From NCBI GenBank assembly GCA_031367345.1, contig JANLPR010000118.1, positions 42,708-106,707 of the forward strand: DNA of 64,000 nucleotides, given 5' to 3'. Positions 39,601-49,274 of the stretch are shown here, in pieces. Under the pieces are notes generated by a model. The model worked only from the letters and a program-made list of their open reading frames with translations, was not told the DNA's origin and did not search any database. A program made the translations under genes and the position numbers. This stretch comes from Bacteroidota bacterium. Its GTDB lineage: Bacteria > Bacteroidota > Bacteroidia > AKYH767-A > 2013-40CM-41-45. The number at the start of each line of letters is the position of its first letter. The stretch's first letter is position 1.

Positions 39601-41149
39601 CTTAACAGGATCAGATTTTATTTCAGTTGAAGCAAGGCAAGATTCACTTCAATTCCGTGCACCTTTTGCGCGCTATTCATTGAAAGATTATTTAATCCGA
39701 GCCGAAAAAGTTGCATTGATAAGAACAGCTGATGCATCAATAATTCCTGACAGTGGGAAAGTAGTAGTGGAGGCATATGCAAAAATGAGAACGTTAAATG
39801 ATGCTAGAATTATTGCAAATACTACAACGAAATATCACACCATTTATAATGCAAAAGTAAATATACTAGGAAGGAAAAAATATGAAGGATCGGGTGACTA
39901 TGATTATGTTGATGAAAATAAAGTAAAGCATAATTTTCATTTTGAGTCTATCAGTGTAGATACGAGTTTGCAAACTTTTGCCAAAGGACAACTTACCGAC
40001 AGTACAGGTTTTCCATTAAGTCCACAGTTTTTGTTTAAAGGAAGTATTCAACTGGAGGCTGCAAAAGAATTTTTGACATTTACAGGTTATGGAAAACCAA
40101 ATTTCCATTGTGAGAAAGTAGAACAAAACTGGATAAGATTTTCCGGCCAGGTAGATCCATCGCATGTCAGCATTCCTGTGTCTTCTCCTATAACTGATGT
40201 TGGAAGTAAGCTTTCATCAGCAGTTGCACAAACTAGCGATTCAACAGGAATTTATGCAGCGTTTATGATGCCCAAAAGAAAACCATCTGATTTGGAAATA
40301 ATAGCAGCTGACGGAGTTTTATATTATGATAAACCAACAACACAATTCCGAATTACAACAAAAGAAAAATTAGATAAACCGGGATCAGCCGGTAACTATT
40401 TAAGTTTAGACGATAAAAAATGCATGGTTTACGGAGAAGGAAAACTCAACTTCGGATCAGACTTAGGTCAGTTACAATTGCAAACAGTAGGAAGTGTAAT
40501 CAACAACTTAAATAATGATAGCACGTCGTTCGATATTCTTGCCGCAATAGATTTCTTTTTCAATGATGATGCCTTGAAGATTATGTCAGAACAATTGAGT
40601 ACCAATGCCGCATTGCAAGCAACACAAGATGTAGGCAGACAAACGTATGAACATGGATTAACTGAAATAGCAGGAAAAGAAAAAGCAGATAAATTTGTTG
40701 CAGAGTTGAATTTATATGGCTCATTCAAAAAAATTCCGGAAGAACTGAGACATACATTTTTTATTACAGAGTTGAAAATGATATGGAATAATGAAAGTCG
40801 GAGTTACAGATCAGTTGGTCAGATTGGAATTGGAAATATGGACAAAACCAATATTAACCGTAGAGTAAACGGTATTGTGGAGATTATTCATAAGAAAACA
40901 GGAGACGCAATGAACATTTATCTCGAACCTGAAAATCAACAATGGTATTACTTCTCTTATTCAAGAGGACTGCTTCAGAGTATGTCGTCAAATAGTTTGT
41001 TTAATGATGCGATAACCAAGGCAAAGCCTGACAAGAGAGTAAATAAAATGAAAGACAAACCAGATTTAGAATATATGCTTTCGACAGATCGTGCAGTAAA
41101 AAACTTCCTTCGAAAAATGCAACCTGTTCAAGTGGAGGGAGAAAAGTAA
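36668..41149 (+). CDS. Large secreted hypothetical protein (1493 aa), no recognisable domain
   Basis: Signal peptide MKRIIFLITLFIAIVGFG. Continuous ORF with uniform composition and no internal repeats that I can detect. Confidence 0.5.
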   Translation: MKRIIFLITLFIAIVGFGNRCQSQSIKNFTSDPIKFIDEMQKFLEETDKKEGGKIMDEFIPLWTGSKFNPSQQDAIYKTANAMLRKRMKAFPDFRNYLAALTSFANSQQSQLSFTSWQASLDKLLLLPPRFYTNYITTCNTLFKDNTLYSSASTNWHSDNNSYSFEFDSLPKIVFPSLSLICTSKGDSSVIYQTKGFLYPTQQKFYGQGGKVNWNRAGWDESVIHATLHDYIIDLTGSDFSADSVDFFNSNYFNKPLKGTYSDKILANVSVETASYPRFVSTQSGIEIKNIVPDVDYIGGFSMVGNKMVGSGTVDEPAHIIFFREHKPFFVLGSKSFAVRKDRVTSDNATVTIYFEKDSIFHPSLTFKYIVKDREIALIRAEDGKSKSPYFDSYHQIDMFFDGLYWKIDEPIINMKMISGQGESKATFESSNYFRKLRFLRLQGLSQVHPLFTLKEYSIKHDTKVIYTEDLAKEMKLPDSEVRSMFIRFSDEGLITYDASEDKAIIKDRLFYYLLANVGKTDYDVLQFESIISQKSNASINLLNFEITMRGLAPINLSDSQNVVIYPTEQEVKIQKNRNFTFAGRVHAGRFDFFGKSFSFDYQNFKINLDNVDSLRLKVESNDPSEVDDYGKRKLVPVRSVLENITGDLLIDFQGNKSGLHDYPNYPIFNSKKDSYVNYDKTFIQDGVYSRDKFFFHLDPFTIDSLDNFSKEGLRFNGELVSAGIFPDFKDTLRLQPDLSLGLTRNTGTEGWVAYSGKGKFTNKIDLSNAGLHGDGTLDYLASTSKSNDFLFLPDSMNSNVNLFSNKKEVLAGVEFPDVKASDVRVHWEPKNDVMYVNKKEKDLVMYEAQANLNGNLQLKPLGLTGNGIMSFASSELEAKLFKYKTNVFESDTSDFRLSSNNTAALAFSTKNVNSHIDFTKRVGDFKSNGGGSYVSFPLNQYICYIDQFKWFMDQESIELSSSDKNANKGDTLESNLNLTGSDFISVEARQDSLQFRAPFARYSLKDYLIRAEKVALIRTADASIIPDSGKVVVEAYAKMRTLNDARIIANTTTKYHTIYNAKVNILGRKKYEGSGDYDYVDENKVKHNFHFESISVDTSLQTFAKGQLTDSTGFPLSPQFLFKGSIQLEAAKEFLTFTGYGKPNFHCEKVEQNWIRFSGQVDPSHVSIPVSSPITDVGSKLSSAVAQTSDSTGIYAAFMMPKRKPSDLEIIAADGVLYYDKPTTQFRITTKEKLDKPGSAGNYLSLDDKKCMVYGEGKLNFGSDLGQLQLQTVGSVINNLNNDSTSFDILAAIDFFFNDDALKIMSEQLSTNAALQATQDVGRQTYEHGLTEIAGKEKADKFVAELNLYGSFKKIPEELRHTFFITELKMIWNNESRSYRSVGQIGIGNMDKTNINRRVNGIVEIIHKKTGDAMNIYLEPENQQWYYFSYSRGLLQSMSSNSLFNDAITKAKPDKRVNKMKDKPDLEYMLSTDRAVKNFLRKMQPVQVEGEK

Positions 41150-41235
41150 ACCTATTTGATAAATATCATTCAATTAGTTAAGATTGCAGTCTTGAAGCAG
41201 AAAAATACAACTTATAAAATCAAACCGGAGATCAA

Positions 41236-41868
41236 TTGTTAACGTTACCTAACATATTTGGACTTCTGATGGCCTATTTGGTCGGAAGTATTCCGTCTGC
41301 TGTTTGGGTAGGTCGAACTTTTTATAATATTGATGTCCGCGAGTATGGAAGTGGAAATGCCGGAGCAACAAATACTTTCAGAGTCTTAGGTAAAAAGCCC
41401 GGAATAGCCGTGCTTATTATGGATGTGTTAAAAGGATTTTTAGCAGTAAAGTTGGCATACATACTGGGTGATTATGATTCAAAATCGCCTGAATTTATAG
41501 ACTTTGAATTAGCACTTGCCGTTTGTGGATTGTTGGGTCATATTTTTCCGGTATATGTAGGTTTTAGAGGTGGGAAAGGAGTTGCTACTATGCTAGGAAT
41601 ATTAGTTGCTATTCATCCACAAGCAGCGTTGGCATGTGCAATTGTATTTATTGTGACTTTATATTTTTCGGGTTATGTGAGCTTAAGCAGTATGGCAAGT
41701 GGAGTTACATTCCCAATAATAATTATGGTTTTTTACAGTACCAATTCAAGTATTAACATATTCTCATTGGCAGTTGCCATTCTAATATTGGTAACACATC
41801 AACGAAATATTGAAAGGATACTAACAAAAGAAGAATCGAGAGTAAAATGGTATAAAAAACGATTTTAG
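41236..41868 (+). CDS. plsY: Glycerol-3-phosphate acyltransferase PlsY
   Basis: YLVGSIPSA, GSGNAGATN, and FKGGKGVAT. Confidence 0.85.
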   Translation: MLTLPNIFGLLMAYLVGSIPSAVWVGRTFYNIDVREYGSGNAGATNTFRVLGKKPGIAVLIMDVLKGFLAVKLAYILGDYDSKSPEFIDFELALAVCGLLGHIFPVYVGFRGGKGVATMLGILVAIHPQAALACAIVFIVTLYFSGYVSLSSMASGVTFPIIIMVFYSTNSSINIFSLAVAILILVTHQRNIERILTKEESRVKWYKKRF

Positions 41869-42806
41869 TTTTTATTAATTCTTGAACAGTTTTTTTTCAA
41901 ACCTTCCTCAACATTTAATTTCGGGTTTAAATTTTTTGCCAAAGTATAATCATAGCACGCTCGCAAATGTTTCCCTAAATACGACAAAGCCAAAGCCCTA
42001 CTAAGGTAAGCTTGAGAAAAAGTCGGATTCAATTTAATAGCTCTATCAAAATCTTTTACTGCACCTAAGGCTACATCCGAACTTAATTCCAATCTGCTCA
42101 ATTTAAAATAACCTCGGTCGTAATACATTTGTTCATCGTCAGGAAATTTATCGATAGCTGCATTATAAAGTTCCAATGCCAGGTCATTATCCTTTATTTT
42201 TTGAGCTTCTTTTGCTTTAATATATAGGTCATGCGCTATTTCCTTCTGAGGCTCTTTGTATTTATCAATGTACATATCAGCAATGCCCATTTCTACTTCT
42301 GTATAATGTCTACGCATATAATCTTCATAATAGCTTGCACGATAAAAATTATGATAGTTTCTTGGAGTCATAAAAGCAGAGCTAGTTAGAAGGAACGAGA
42401 TGATGCACCACAACACAATTTGAGTTTTACCAAATTTTGCCTTCAAAAAGAAAATAATAGAATATAATATCCAACCAATCCATATTTCAAAACCGAATTG
42501 AATATTTGGTATCCAATATTGAAGTAAGGCAAATGCAATAAAAAAGAAGATACAAAAAACAATGTATAAGGAAGTTTGCACAAGTTTATGATGATTCTTT
42601 GACCTTGCACTTCTGATCATTTCTATACTGAATAATAAGATGGCCGAAAAAGTAAGTAAGACACTTAACCCAAGACCAATTTTTTTCAAAATTAATCCCG
42701 AAACTAATATTAAAAATAAAAATTGTCGTCTGGTATTTCTTTTCATCAAGGGCGAAAATAAGATTAACTTTTCTGAATAAAAATATTCTAGCAATTTTTC
42801 AACCAA
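41865..42806 (-). CDS. Polytopic membrane protein with C-terminal TPR repeats
   Basis: The N-terminal half has about 5 TM helices. The C-terminal half has TPR-like repeats (AQKIKDNDLALELYNAAI..., FSQAYLSRALALSYLGK...). Confidence 0.55.
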   Translation of the reverse strand: MVEKLLEYFYSEKLILFSPLMKRNTRRQFLFLILVSGLILKKIGLGLSVLLTFSAILLFSIEMIRSARSKNHHKLVQTSLYIVFCIFFFIAFALLQYWIPNIQFGFEIWIGWILYSIIFFLKAKFGKTQIVLWCIISFLLTSSAFMTPRNYHNFYRASYYEDYMRRHYTEVEMGIADMYIDKYKEPQKEIAHDLYIKAKEAQKIKDNDLALELYNAAIDKFPDDEQMYYDRGYFKLSRLELSSDVALGAVKDFDRAIKLNPTFSQAYLSRALALSYLGKHLRACYDYTLAKNLNPKLNVEEGLKKNCSRINKN

Positions 42807-42891
42807 TTCATTGTTAAGAACAATACTATTTGAACCAAAAGTGCAAGGTCAATCACATTACCTTTAGCAACTTCGAATGAACAGTTGACGA

Positions 42892-45828
42892 ATGAACTAC
42901 ATACAAAAAATCACTTTCTTCTGCCTGATAACTTTATCAACCGTTTACAACGGATTTGGTCAGAAACTACCTCCATTCCTTAACCCACAAGCAGAAAGGT
43001 GGGCTGATTCGGTCTTACAGACTATGAAACCTGACGAAAGAATTTCTCAGCTCATCATGGTTGCAGCTTGGAGTAACAAAGATTCTACTCATATAAAAGA
43101 AATCAGAAAATTAATTTCAGATTGGGGAATAGGAGGAGTCTGCTTTTTTCAAGGCGGTCCTATGCGTCAAGCCAATTTAACAAACAACTATCAGAAGCTA
43201 TCGAAAATTCCGTTGATGGTAGGAATTGATGGTGAGTGGGGATTGGCTATGCGCTTGGATAGCACAATTCGTTTCCCAAGGCAAATGACATTATCGGCAA
43301 TCAAAGATCAACAATTGATTTATGACATGGCACAAGAGATTGCTCGAGAATGTAAAATAATGGGAATACATGTCAACTTCGCCCCGGATGCCGACATAAA
43401 TAATAATCCATCAAATCCCATTATTGGTAGCCGATCTTTTGGAGACGATAGAGAAGATGTTTATCTCAAATCATTACTTTATATGAATGGTTTGCAAGAC
43501 AATCACATTCTAGCAACAGGTAAACATTTTCCGGGCCATGGCAATGCTGATAGTGATTCCCACCTTACATTACCACTGATCAATCAACCTATTTCAGAAA
43601 TGGATTCAATTGAACTTTATCCATTCAAAAAATTAATTAACGAAGGCTTAGGAAGTATGATGGTTGCACATTTAAGTGTTCCGGCATTGGATTCCATTCC
43701 AAACAATCCTTCAACTTTATCCAAAGAAATAGTAACAGGTTTACTTAAAAATAAATTAGGTTTCCAAGGACTAATTTTTACAGATGCATTAAATATGAAA
43801 GGTGTTTCGGCTTTGTACAAACCGGGGATCGTTGACAAATTAGCTTTCATGAGTGGAAATGATGTTCTGTTATATTGTGAAGATGTAAGAAAAGCGGTTC
43901 AGCAAATTCACCTTGCAGTAGAAAATTGTGAGATTAAACAGGAAGAAATTGATGTACGTGCGAAAAAAGTTTTGATGGCCAAATATTGGACCGGCCTAAA
44001 TAATTATAGTCCTATTGATACGAGTAATCTATTATCACGACTAAATTCGAACAACGGACAATTTCTGCAACGCAGTCTATTTGAAAAAGCAATAACAGTA
44101 CTAAAAAATCAGGATTCTATTTTACCCTTGCAAAGAAAAGATACACTGCGAATCGCAGTTGTGAGTATTGGAGAAAAGAAAGACAACGCTTTTCAGGCAC
44201 AATTAAAAATGTATGGCAAAGTTGATGTATTTGCAGAAGAAAAGGATGCACCGCTTTCGGTATTGATGGCTCTATATAGCTTTTTAAGCAATTACGATTA
44301 TGTTATTCTTAGTCTTCATAGCACTACAATGAAAGCTTCTACCAATTTTGGAATATCAGAAGGAACGATACGATTTGTTGATAGTGTTTTAATTAAATAC
44401 CCTACCATCTTTGTTGATTTTGGGAATAGCTATACCTTATCTAAATTCAAAAACATTCAATCAGCACAAGCAATTTTATTGGCTTATGAAGATTTCCCTT
44501 TGATGCAACAACTTGCGGCACAAACAATCTACGGAGGAATAGAGGCTACAGGAACACTTCCTGTTACAGTAAATAAAGAACTGACAAGGAAGTCGGGTGA
44601 AAAAACGATCGAACCAATTAGATTAAAATATTCTTTGCCCGAAGAAGTTGGAATGTCAAGCGATACTTTATCGCAAATTGATACCATAGTAAGTAAAGCA
44701 ATTGCTGCAAATGCCATTCCAGGATGTCAAGTATTAGTAGCAAGAAAAGGAGTTGTTATTTATAACAAATCCTTTGGAACAAAAACATACAACTCCACCG
44801 ATACAGTGCGGAATTCTGATTTGTATGATATAGCCTCTGTTACTAAAGTGGTAGGAACTGCTCTCGCAACTATGAAGTTATACGATCTAAAAAAAATCGA
44901 CTTAAATCATCCTTTGTCTAAATTTTTCACTCCTCTCAAATCAACGAACAAAAAAGCATTGCTGGTGAAAGAAATTTTAGCTCATCAAGCCGGTTTGGTT
45001 CCTTGGATTCCTTTTTACAAAAAAACTATGGTGGATACTTTTTTGGTTCCAGGTATCTTCAGTAAAATTAAAAGTGAAGATTATCCGGTGAGAGTTGCAG
45101 ATTCAATGTATATGGAAACAAGTTATTCCGACAGTTTAATTGATTGGGTTTTCGATTCGCAATTGAATGCCCCGGGAAAATATGTGTACAGTGATCTTGG
45201 GCCAATATTAATGATGCTTGCTACAGAAAAAATTACAGGTCAATCATTCGATAAATACATTAGTAATAATTTTTATAATCCACTTGGTTTAAGTCGAATT
45301 ACATACAACCCGAGAGAAAAATTTTCATTAAGTGAAATTGTTCCCACAGAAAATGATTTGGTATTTAGAAAACAATTGTTGAGAGGTGATGTTCATGATC
45401 CAGCAGCAGCTATGATGGGTGGAATTTCGGGGAATGCAGGAATTTTTAGCAATGCAAATGACCTTGCAGTAATTATGCAAATGCTTTTGAACAAAGGTTC
45501 TTATGGTGGTAAAAATTATATCCACTCATCAACAGTCGATTTATTCACTCGTCAACAATTTCCACTGAACAATAACAGACGAGGATTGTTATTTGACAAA
45601 CCGGAGCTCGATCCTAATAAAGCAAGTCCTTGTGCTAAGGAAGCAGGACCTAATACCTTCGGACATCAAGGATTTACGGGTACATGTGTTTGGGCAGATC
45701 CCGATTCAGAACTTATCTACATATTTTTGTCGAACAGAGTTAATCCTGATGCAACAAACGAAAAGTTAACAAAAATGAACGTGCGTACTACTATTCAATC
45801 AGCTATTTATCATTCAATTATCAATTAA
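42892..45828 (+). CDS. GH3 beta-N-acetylglucosaminidase (NagZ-like) fused to a C-terminal beta-lactamase-like serine hydrolase domain
   Basis: GH3 motifs GIHVNFAPDADIN and KHFPGHG. A C-terminal SxxK (IASVTKVV) and a YxN-like motif sit in a roughly 400-aa beta-lactamase/transpeptidase-fold domain. Signal peptide present. Confidence 0.75.
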   Translation: MNYIQKITFFCLITLSTVYNGFGQKLPPFLNPQAERWADSVLQTMKPDERISQLIMVAAWSNKDSTHIKEIRKLISDWGIGGVCFFQGGPMRQANLTNNYQKLSKIPLMVGIDGEWGLAMRLDSTIRFPRQMTLSAIKDQQLIYDMAQEIARECKIMGIHVNFAPDADINNNPSNPIIGSRSFGDDREDVYLKSLLYMNGLQDNHILATGKHFPGHGNADSDSHLTLPLINQPISEMDSIELYPFKKLINEGLGSMMVAHLSVPALDSIPNNPSTLSKEIVTGLLKNKLGFQGLIFTDALNMKGVSALYKPGIVDKLAFMSGNDVLLYCEDVRKAVQQIHLAVENCEIKQEEIDVRAKKVLMAKYWTGLNNYSPIDTSNLLSRLNSNNGQFLQRSLFEKAITVLKNQDSILPLQRKDTLRIAVVSIGEKKDNAFQAQLKMYGKVDVFAEEKDAPLSVLMALYSFLSNYDYVILSLHSTTMKASTNFGISEGTIRFVDSVLIKYPTIFVDFGNSYTLSKFKNIQSAQAILLAYEDFPLMQQLAAQTIYGGIEATGTLPVTVNKELTRKSGEKTIEPIRLKYSLPEEVGMSSDTLSQIDTIVSKAIAANAIPGCQVLVARKGVVIYNKSFGTKTYNSTDTVRNSDLYDIASVTKVVGTALATMKLYDLKKIDLNHPLSKFFTPLKSTNKKALLVKEILAHQAGLVPWIPFYKKTMVDTFLVPGIFSKIKSEDYPVRVADSMYMETSYSDSLIDWVFDSQLNAPGKYVYSDLGPILMMLATEKITGQSFDKYISNNFYNPLGLSRITYNPREKFSLSEIVPTENDLVFRKQLLRGDVHDPAAAMMGGISGNAGIFSNANDLAVIMQMLLNKGSYGGKNYIHSSTVDLFTRQQFPLNNNRRGLLFDKPELDPNKASPCAKEAGPNTFGHQGFTGTCVWADPDSELIYIFLSNRVNPDATNEKLTKMNVRTTIQSAIYHSIIN

Positions 45829-45893
45829 TTTGAATGAGTTCTGAAATGACTTTAAATGCGTAATTTCAATTGTTGAATATCCTGAAAATTCAA

Positions 45894-45901
45894 TAAGTTT
45901 G
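45894..45901 (+). promoter_or_regulatory. TAnnTTTG -7 box (TAAGTTTG) upstream of bshA
   Basis: Exact consensus 30 nt upstream of the ATG at 45932. Confidence 0.4.
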
Positions 45902-45931
45902 CATGAGTGAAAAATTGTATTTAAGAGATTT

Positions 45932-47071
45932 ATGAAAATTGGAATACTATGTTACCCGACATTTGGAGGAAGTGGCGTAATCGCAACAGAACTTGGCAAG
46001 GCGCTGGCGGAAAAAGGACACAGTGTTCATTTTATAACTTATAGTCAGCCTGTACGATTAGAACATTTCATTGAGAATGTTTTTTATCATGAAGTGAGTG
46101 TAGCAGATTACCCACTTTTTGAGTATGCGCCGTATGAAACTGCATTAACCAGTAAGCTAGTTGATGTAGCACGATTTGAAAAACTAGATATTGTGCATGT
46201 TCATTATGCCATTCCGCATGCTTCAGTTGCTTACATGGCAAAGAAAATTATGGAATCGCAGGGGCTGAAACTTCCATTTATAACTACACTTCACGGAACA
46301 GATATTACGCTTGTTGGTAAAAATGAAAGTTACAATCCAGTTGTAACATTTGCTATCAATCAATCGGATGCTGTCACCTCCGTTTCAAATTCATTAAAAA
46401 TAGAAACATATAAACACTTCAACATTCAAAAAGAAATTGAAGTGATTCCTAATTTTATTGACCTTAGGCGTTTCAATAAACAGCGCCGCGATCATTTTCG
46501 TAGAGCAATTGCTCCAAATAACGAACGATTGGTAGTTCATGCATCTAATTTCCGACCGGTAAAAAGAGTAGGCGATGTAGTAAAAGTATTCCACAACATT
46601 AGTAAAGTTATACCAAGTAAATTATTGATGATTGGTGACGGACCTCAAAGAGATCGAATAGAAAAAGAATGTAGAGAAACCAGTGATTGCGAAAACATTC
46701 GTTTCTTAGGAAAGATTGATGTTGTTGAAGAAATATTATCCATTTGCGATCTGTTTGTTCTGCCATCGGAGTCTGAGAGTTTCGGTTTAGCAGCACTGGA
46801 AGCAATGGCATGCCAGGTTCCAGTAATTAGTACAAATACAGGTGGGCTACCTGAGGTAATTAAGCAAGGCTACAACGGATTTATGAGCAATGTAGGAGAT
46901 ATAGAAGACATGTCGAAGAATGCAATTCATATTCTTGAAGATACTAATCGATTAATGACTTTCAAGAGCAATGCACTTTCACATGCAAAAACATTTGACA
47001 TTACAAACGTTCTTCCAATTTATGAAGCATTGTACAAGAAAGTTTTGGATGAATCGAATAGTAAAAATTAG
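45932..47071 (+). CDS. bshA: GT4 glycosyltransferase, probably the N-acetyl-alpha-D-glucosaminyl L-malate synthase of bacillithiol biosynthesis
   Basis: MKIGILCYPTFGGSGVIATELGKALAEKGH..HFITYSQP closely resembles the BshA N-terminus. C-terminal GT4 E-x7-E region (ESFGLAALEAMACQVPV). Confidence 0.65.
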   Translation: MKIGILCYPTFGGSGVIATELGKALAEKGHSVHFITYSQPVRLEHFIENVFYHEVSVADYPLFEYAPYETALTSKLVDVARFEKLDIVHVHYAIPHASVAYMAKKIMESQGLKLPFITTLHGTDITLVGKNESYNPVVTFAINQSDAVTSVSNSLKIETYKHFNIQKEIEVIPNFIDLRRFNKQRRDHFRRAIAPNNERLVVHASNFRPVKRVGDVVKVFHNISKVIPSKLLMIGDGPQRDRIEKECRETSDCENIRFLGKIDVVEEILSICDLFVLPSESESFGLAALEAMACQVPVISTNTGGLPEVIKQGYNGFMSNVGDIEDMSKNAIHILEDTNRLMTFKSNALSHAKTFDITNVLPIYEALYKKVLDESNSKN

Positions 47072-47147
47072 TAACGGTTCGAGAATAGAATTTGTAAACA
47101 ACGATTTAAAAAGTGTCCGCTCAAACTAATAAATAATTATTTTTCAG

Positions 47148-47678
47148 ATGCTGTACATTAAAGCACTTCACATAATTTTTGTTGTTACATGGTTTTCAGG
47201 TTTATTCTATATCGTAAGATTATTTGTTTATCATAGTGAAGCCAATGAAAAATCTGAACCTGAAAGATCGATCTTGATCAACCATTTTTTAAAAGCAGAG
47301 AAACTTTTATGGTATGGAATTACTGTTCCAAGTGCTTATGGAACAGTATTTTTTGGTTCTTGGATGCTTTATGAAATGTTCGGTACATCTATTCCAAGTT
47401 GGCTATATTTAAAACTGGCTTTTGTTTTATTTCTATTCGTTTACCATTTGCTTTGTGGAAGAATAGTCCATCAATTGAAAAAAGGAACCATTCGATTTAG
47501 CGGAATGCAAATGAGATTATGGAATGAAGTCGCAACCATTTTTCTTATTTCTATAATCTTTATTGTTGTTCTAAAAGATATGTTTAGCTGGGTAAAAGGA
47601 TTAATTGGATTGCTAATTTTTTCATCGCTCTTGTTGGCAGCAATACACCTTTACAAAAAAATGAGGACAAAAAAATAA
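47148..47678 (+). CDS. hemJ: Protoporphyrinogen IX oxidase HemJ (CopD-like/UPF0093)
   Basis: MLYIKALHIIFVVTWFSGLFYIVRLFVYH matches the HemJ N-terminus including the conserved His. 4-5 TM helices. Confidence 0.7.
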   Translation: MLYIKALHIIFVVTWFSGLFYIVRLFVYHSEANEKSEPERSILINHFLKAEKLLWYGITVPSAYGTVFFGSWMLYEMFGTSIPSWLYLKLAFVLFLFVYHLLCGRIVHQLKKGTIRFSGMQMRLWNEVATIFLISIIFIVVLKDMFSWVKGLIGLLIFSSLLLAAIHLYKKMRTKK

Positions 47679-47679
47679 T

Positions 47680-48024
47680 TCATCCACCACTTTTCTTTAC
47701 TTTATATCCAGCAGTTTGCAGCAGTGTAACTATACGATCTCTGTGATCGCCTTGAATTAATATTTCTCCATCTTTTACTGAACCGCCAACACCGCATTTA
47801 GATTTTAGTTCTTTACCCAACTTTTCTAGATCAGCTTCTTTACCAACAAATCCAGTTATCAAGGTAACAGCTTTCCCCGCACGATTTTTTTTATCAAGCA
47901 TTACTCTAAGATCTTGCTGATTGTTTTTAATCGATTGAGTTTCTTCTTTTTCATTTATAGAATACTGAAAGTTAGGATTCGTTGAATAGACTACACCTTC
48001 AATATTTTTATTTTTTTTCGACAT
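47680..48024 (-). CDS. yciH: SUI1/eIF1-family translation initiation factor (YciH-like)
   Basis: KNRAGKAVTLITGF...KCGVGGSVKDGEILIQGDHRDRIV is the SUI1 core. Confidence 0.8.
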   Translation of the reverse strand: MSKKNKNIEGVVYSTNPNFQYSINEKEETQSIKNNQQDLRVMLDKKNRAGKAVTLITGFVGKEADLEKLGKELKSKCGVGGSVKDGEILIQGDHRDRIVTLLQTAGYKVKKSGG

Positions 48025-48026
48025 AA

Positions 48027-48407
48027 CTAAAAGTACTTAACTAGTTTTGGGATAAAGATAATACATCCAATTATTACAGACATAATTGAAACTACAAATA
48101 CAGCAGCAGCAGCAATATCTTTTGATTGCCCTGCCTTTTCATTTTGCTCCGGCATAGTTAGATCAACATTCAGTTCAATGGATGTATTGAGTAATTCAGC
48201 TGATAATACACTACCTATACATAAAAGAATAATACACCATTCTACTGCCGAAACTCGTAGTAGAATTGAAGCAATCATTACTACTATTGCCATCACAAAA
48301 TGGAATCGCATATTGAATTGACTTCTAAAAGCAGCTGAAAAACCCTTAGAAGCATAGACAAAACTCTTTAATAATCTTTTCGACTTCATTAATTTATTTT
48401 GAAACAA
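48027..48407 (-). CDS. dgkA: Prokaryotic diacylglycerol kinase DgkA (or undecaprenol kinase)
   Basis: 126 aa, 3 TM helices, and the DgkA signature AELLNTSIE. Confidence 0.75.
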   Translation of the reverse strand: MFQNKLMKSKRLLKSFVYASKGFSAAFRSQFNMRFHFVMAIVVMIASILLRVSAVEWCIILLCIGSVLSAELLNTSIELNVDLTMPEQNEKAGQSKDIAAAAVFVVSIMSVIIGCIIFIPKLVKYF

Positions 48408-49269
48408 CTACATTTAATGAAAGAGGATTCATTTTCACTTTAATATTACCTTCCAAAATAATTGGATCACCATCAATATGACCTTTAACAATCTCATCAT
48501 TTAAAATGATTATTTCACTTGCAACAAATCTGTCAAAGTATTTCGATAAATGGATCTTGTTATTCATCATTTTATAGATCAGATTAAACGACGTTAGAAA
48601 AGGAAATTTTCTTATGATCGAAATATCAATTAAACCATCCCGTACATCCGCAAATGGTGCAATGACTGCATTATTCCCAAATTGAGATGAGTTTGCAAAG
48701 GTGAGAAGGAAACTAGAAATGTAAATCTCCATTTGATCTGCAATAATCTTAAAATTTACTGATTTGTATTTTGAAAATTCCGTCAATACTAACTTTACAT
48801 AGGTAGAATAACCTCTAGTACCGGCTTGAGCAAAAAGATGAGCAATATGAGCATCAAATCCAATTCCGAAAGTGCCGATGCAAAATTTCTCATTTACCAA
48901 CATAGTATCAATTGACATAATTCGATGATCATTAATAAGTTCTACCGCTTTGATAAAATTCATCGGAATATTTAAATGTCGTGCCATTCCATTGCCTGAG
49001 CCGGTTGGTACTATTCCAAGTGCAACAGAACTATTCATCAAACCTTGAGCAGTTTCATTTACTGAACCATCGCCACCAACAGCAACAACAATATCGAAGG
49101 CTTCATCAACTGCCTCTTTTGCTAATTGACTTGCATGGCCGGGTTCTTTTGTAAAAACGATGTCTACAATAAATTTGTTATGATCAATCGAAGTTGAAAT
49201 CCATTTAGAAAAATTATCCTTTTTAGTAGCGCCTGATTTAGGATTGACAATGAATCTGATTTTTTTCAT
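48394..49269 (-). CDS. DAGK_cat-family soluble lipid kinase (YegS/DgkB/LCB5-like)
   Basis: The nucleotide-binding motif VVAVGGDGSVNE, at about 290 aa. It overlaps dgkA by 14 nt. Confidence 0.75.
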   Translation of the reverse strand: MKKIRFIVNPKSGATKKDNFSKWISTSIDHNKFIVDIVFTKEPGHASQLAKEAVDEAFDIVVAVGGDGSVNETAQGLMNSSVALGIVPTGSGNGMARHLNIPMNFIKAVELINDHRIMSIDTMLVNEKFCIGTFGIGFDAHIAHLFAQAGTRGYSTYVKLVLTEFSKYKSVNFKIIADQMEIYISSFLLTFANSSQFGNNAVIAPFADVRDGLIDISIIRKFPFLTSFNLIYKMMNNKIHLSKYFDRFVASEIIILNDEIVKGHIDGDPIILEGNIKVKMNPLSLNVVVSK

Positions 49270-49274
49270 TTATT

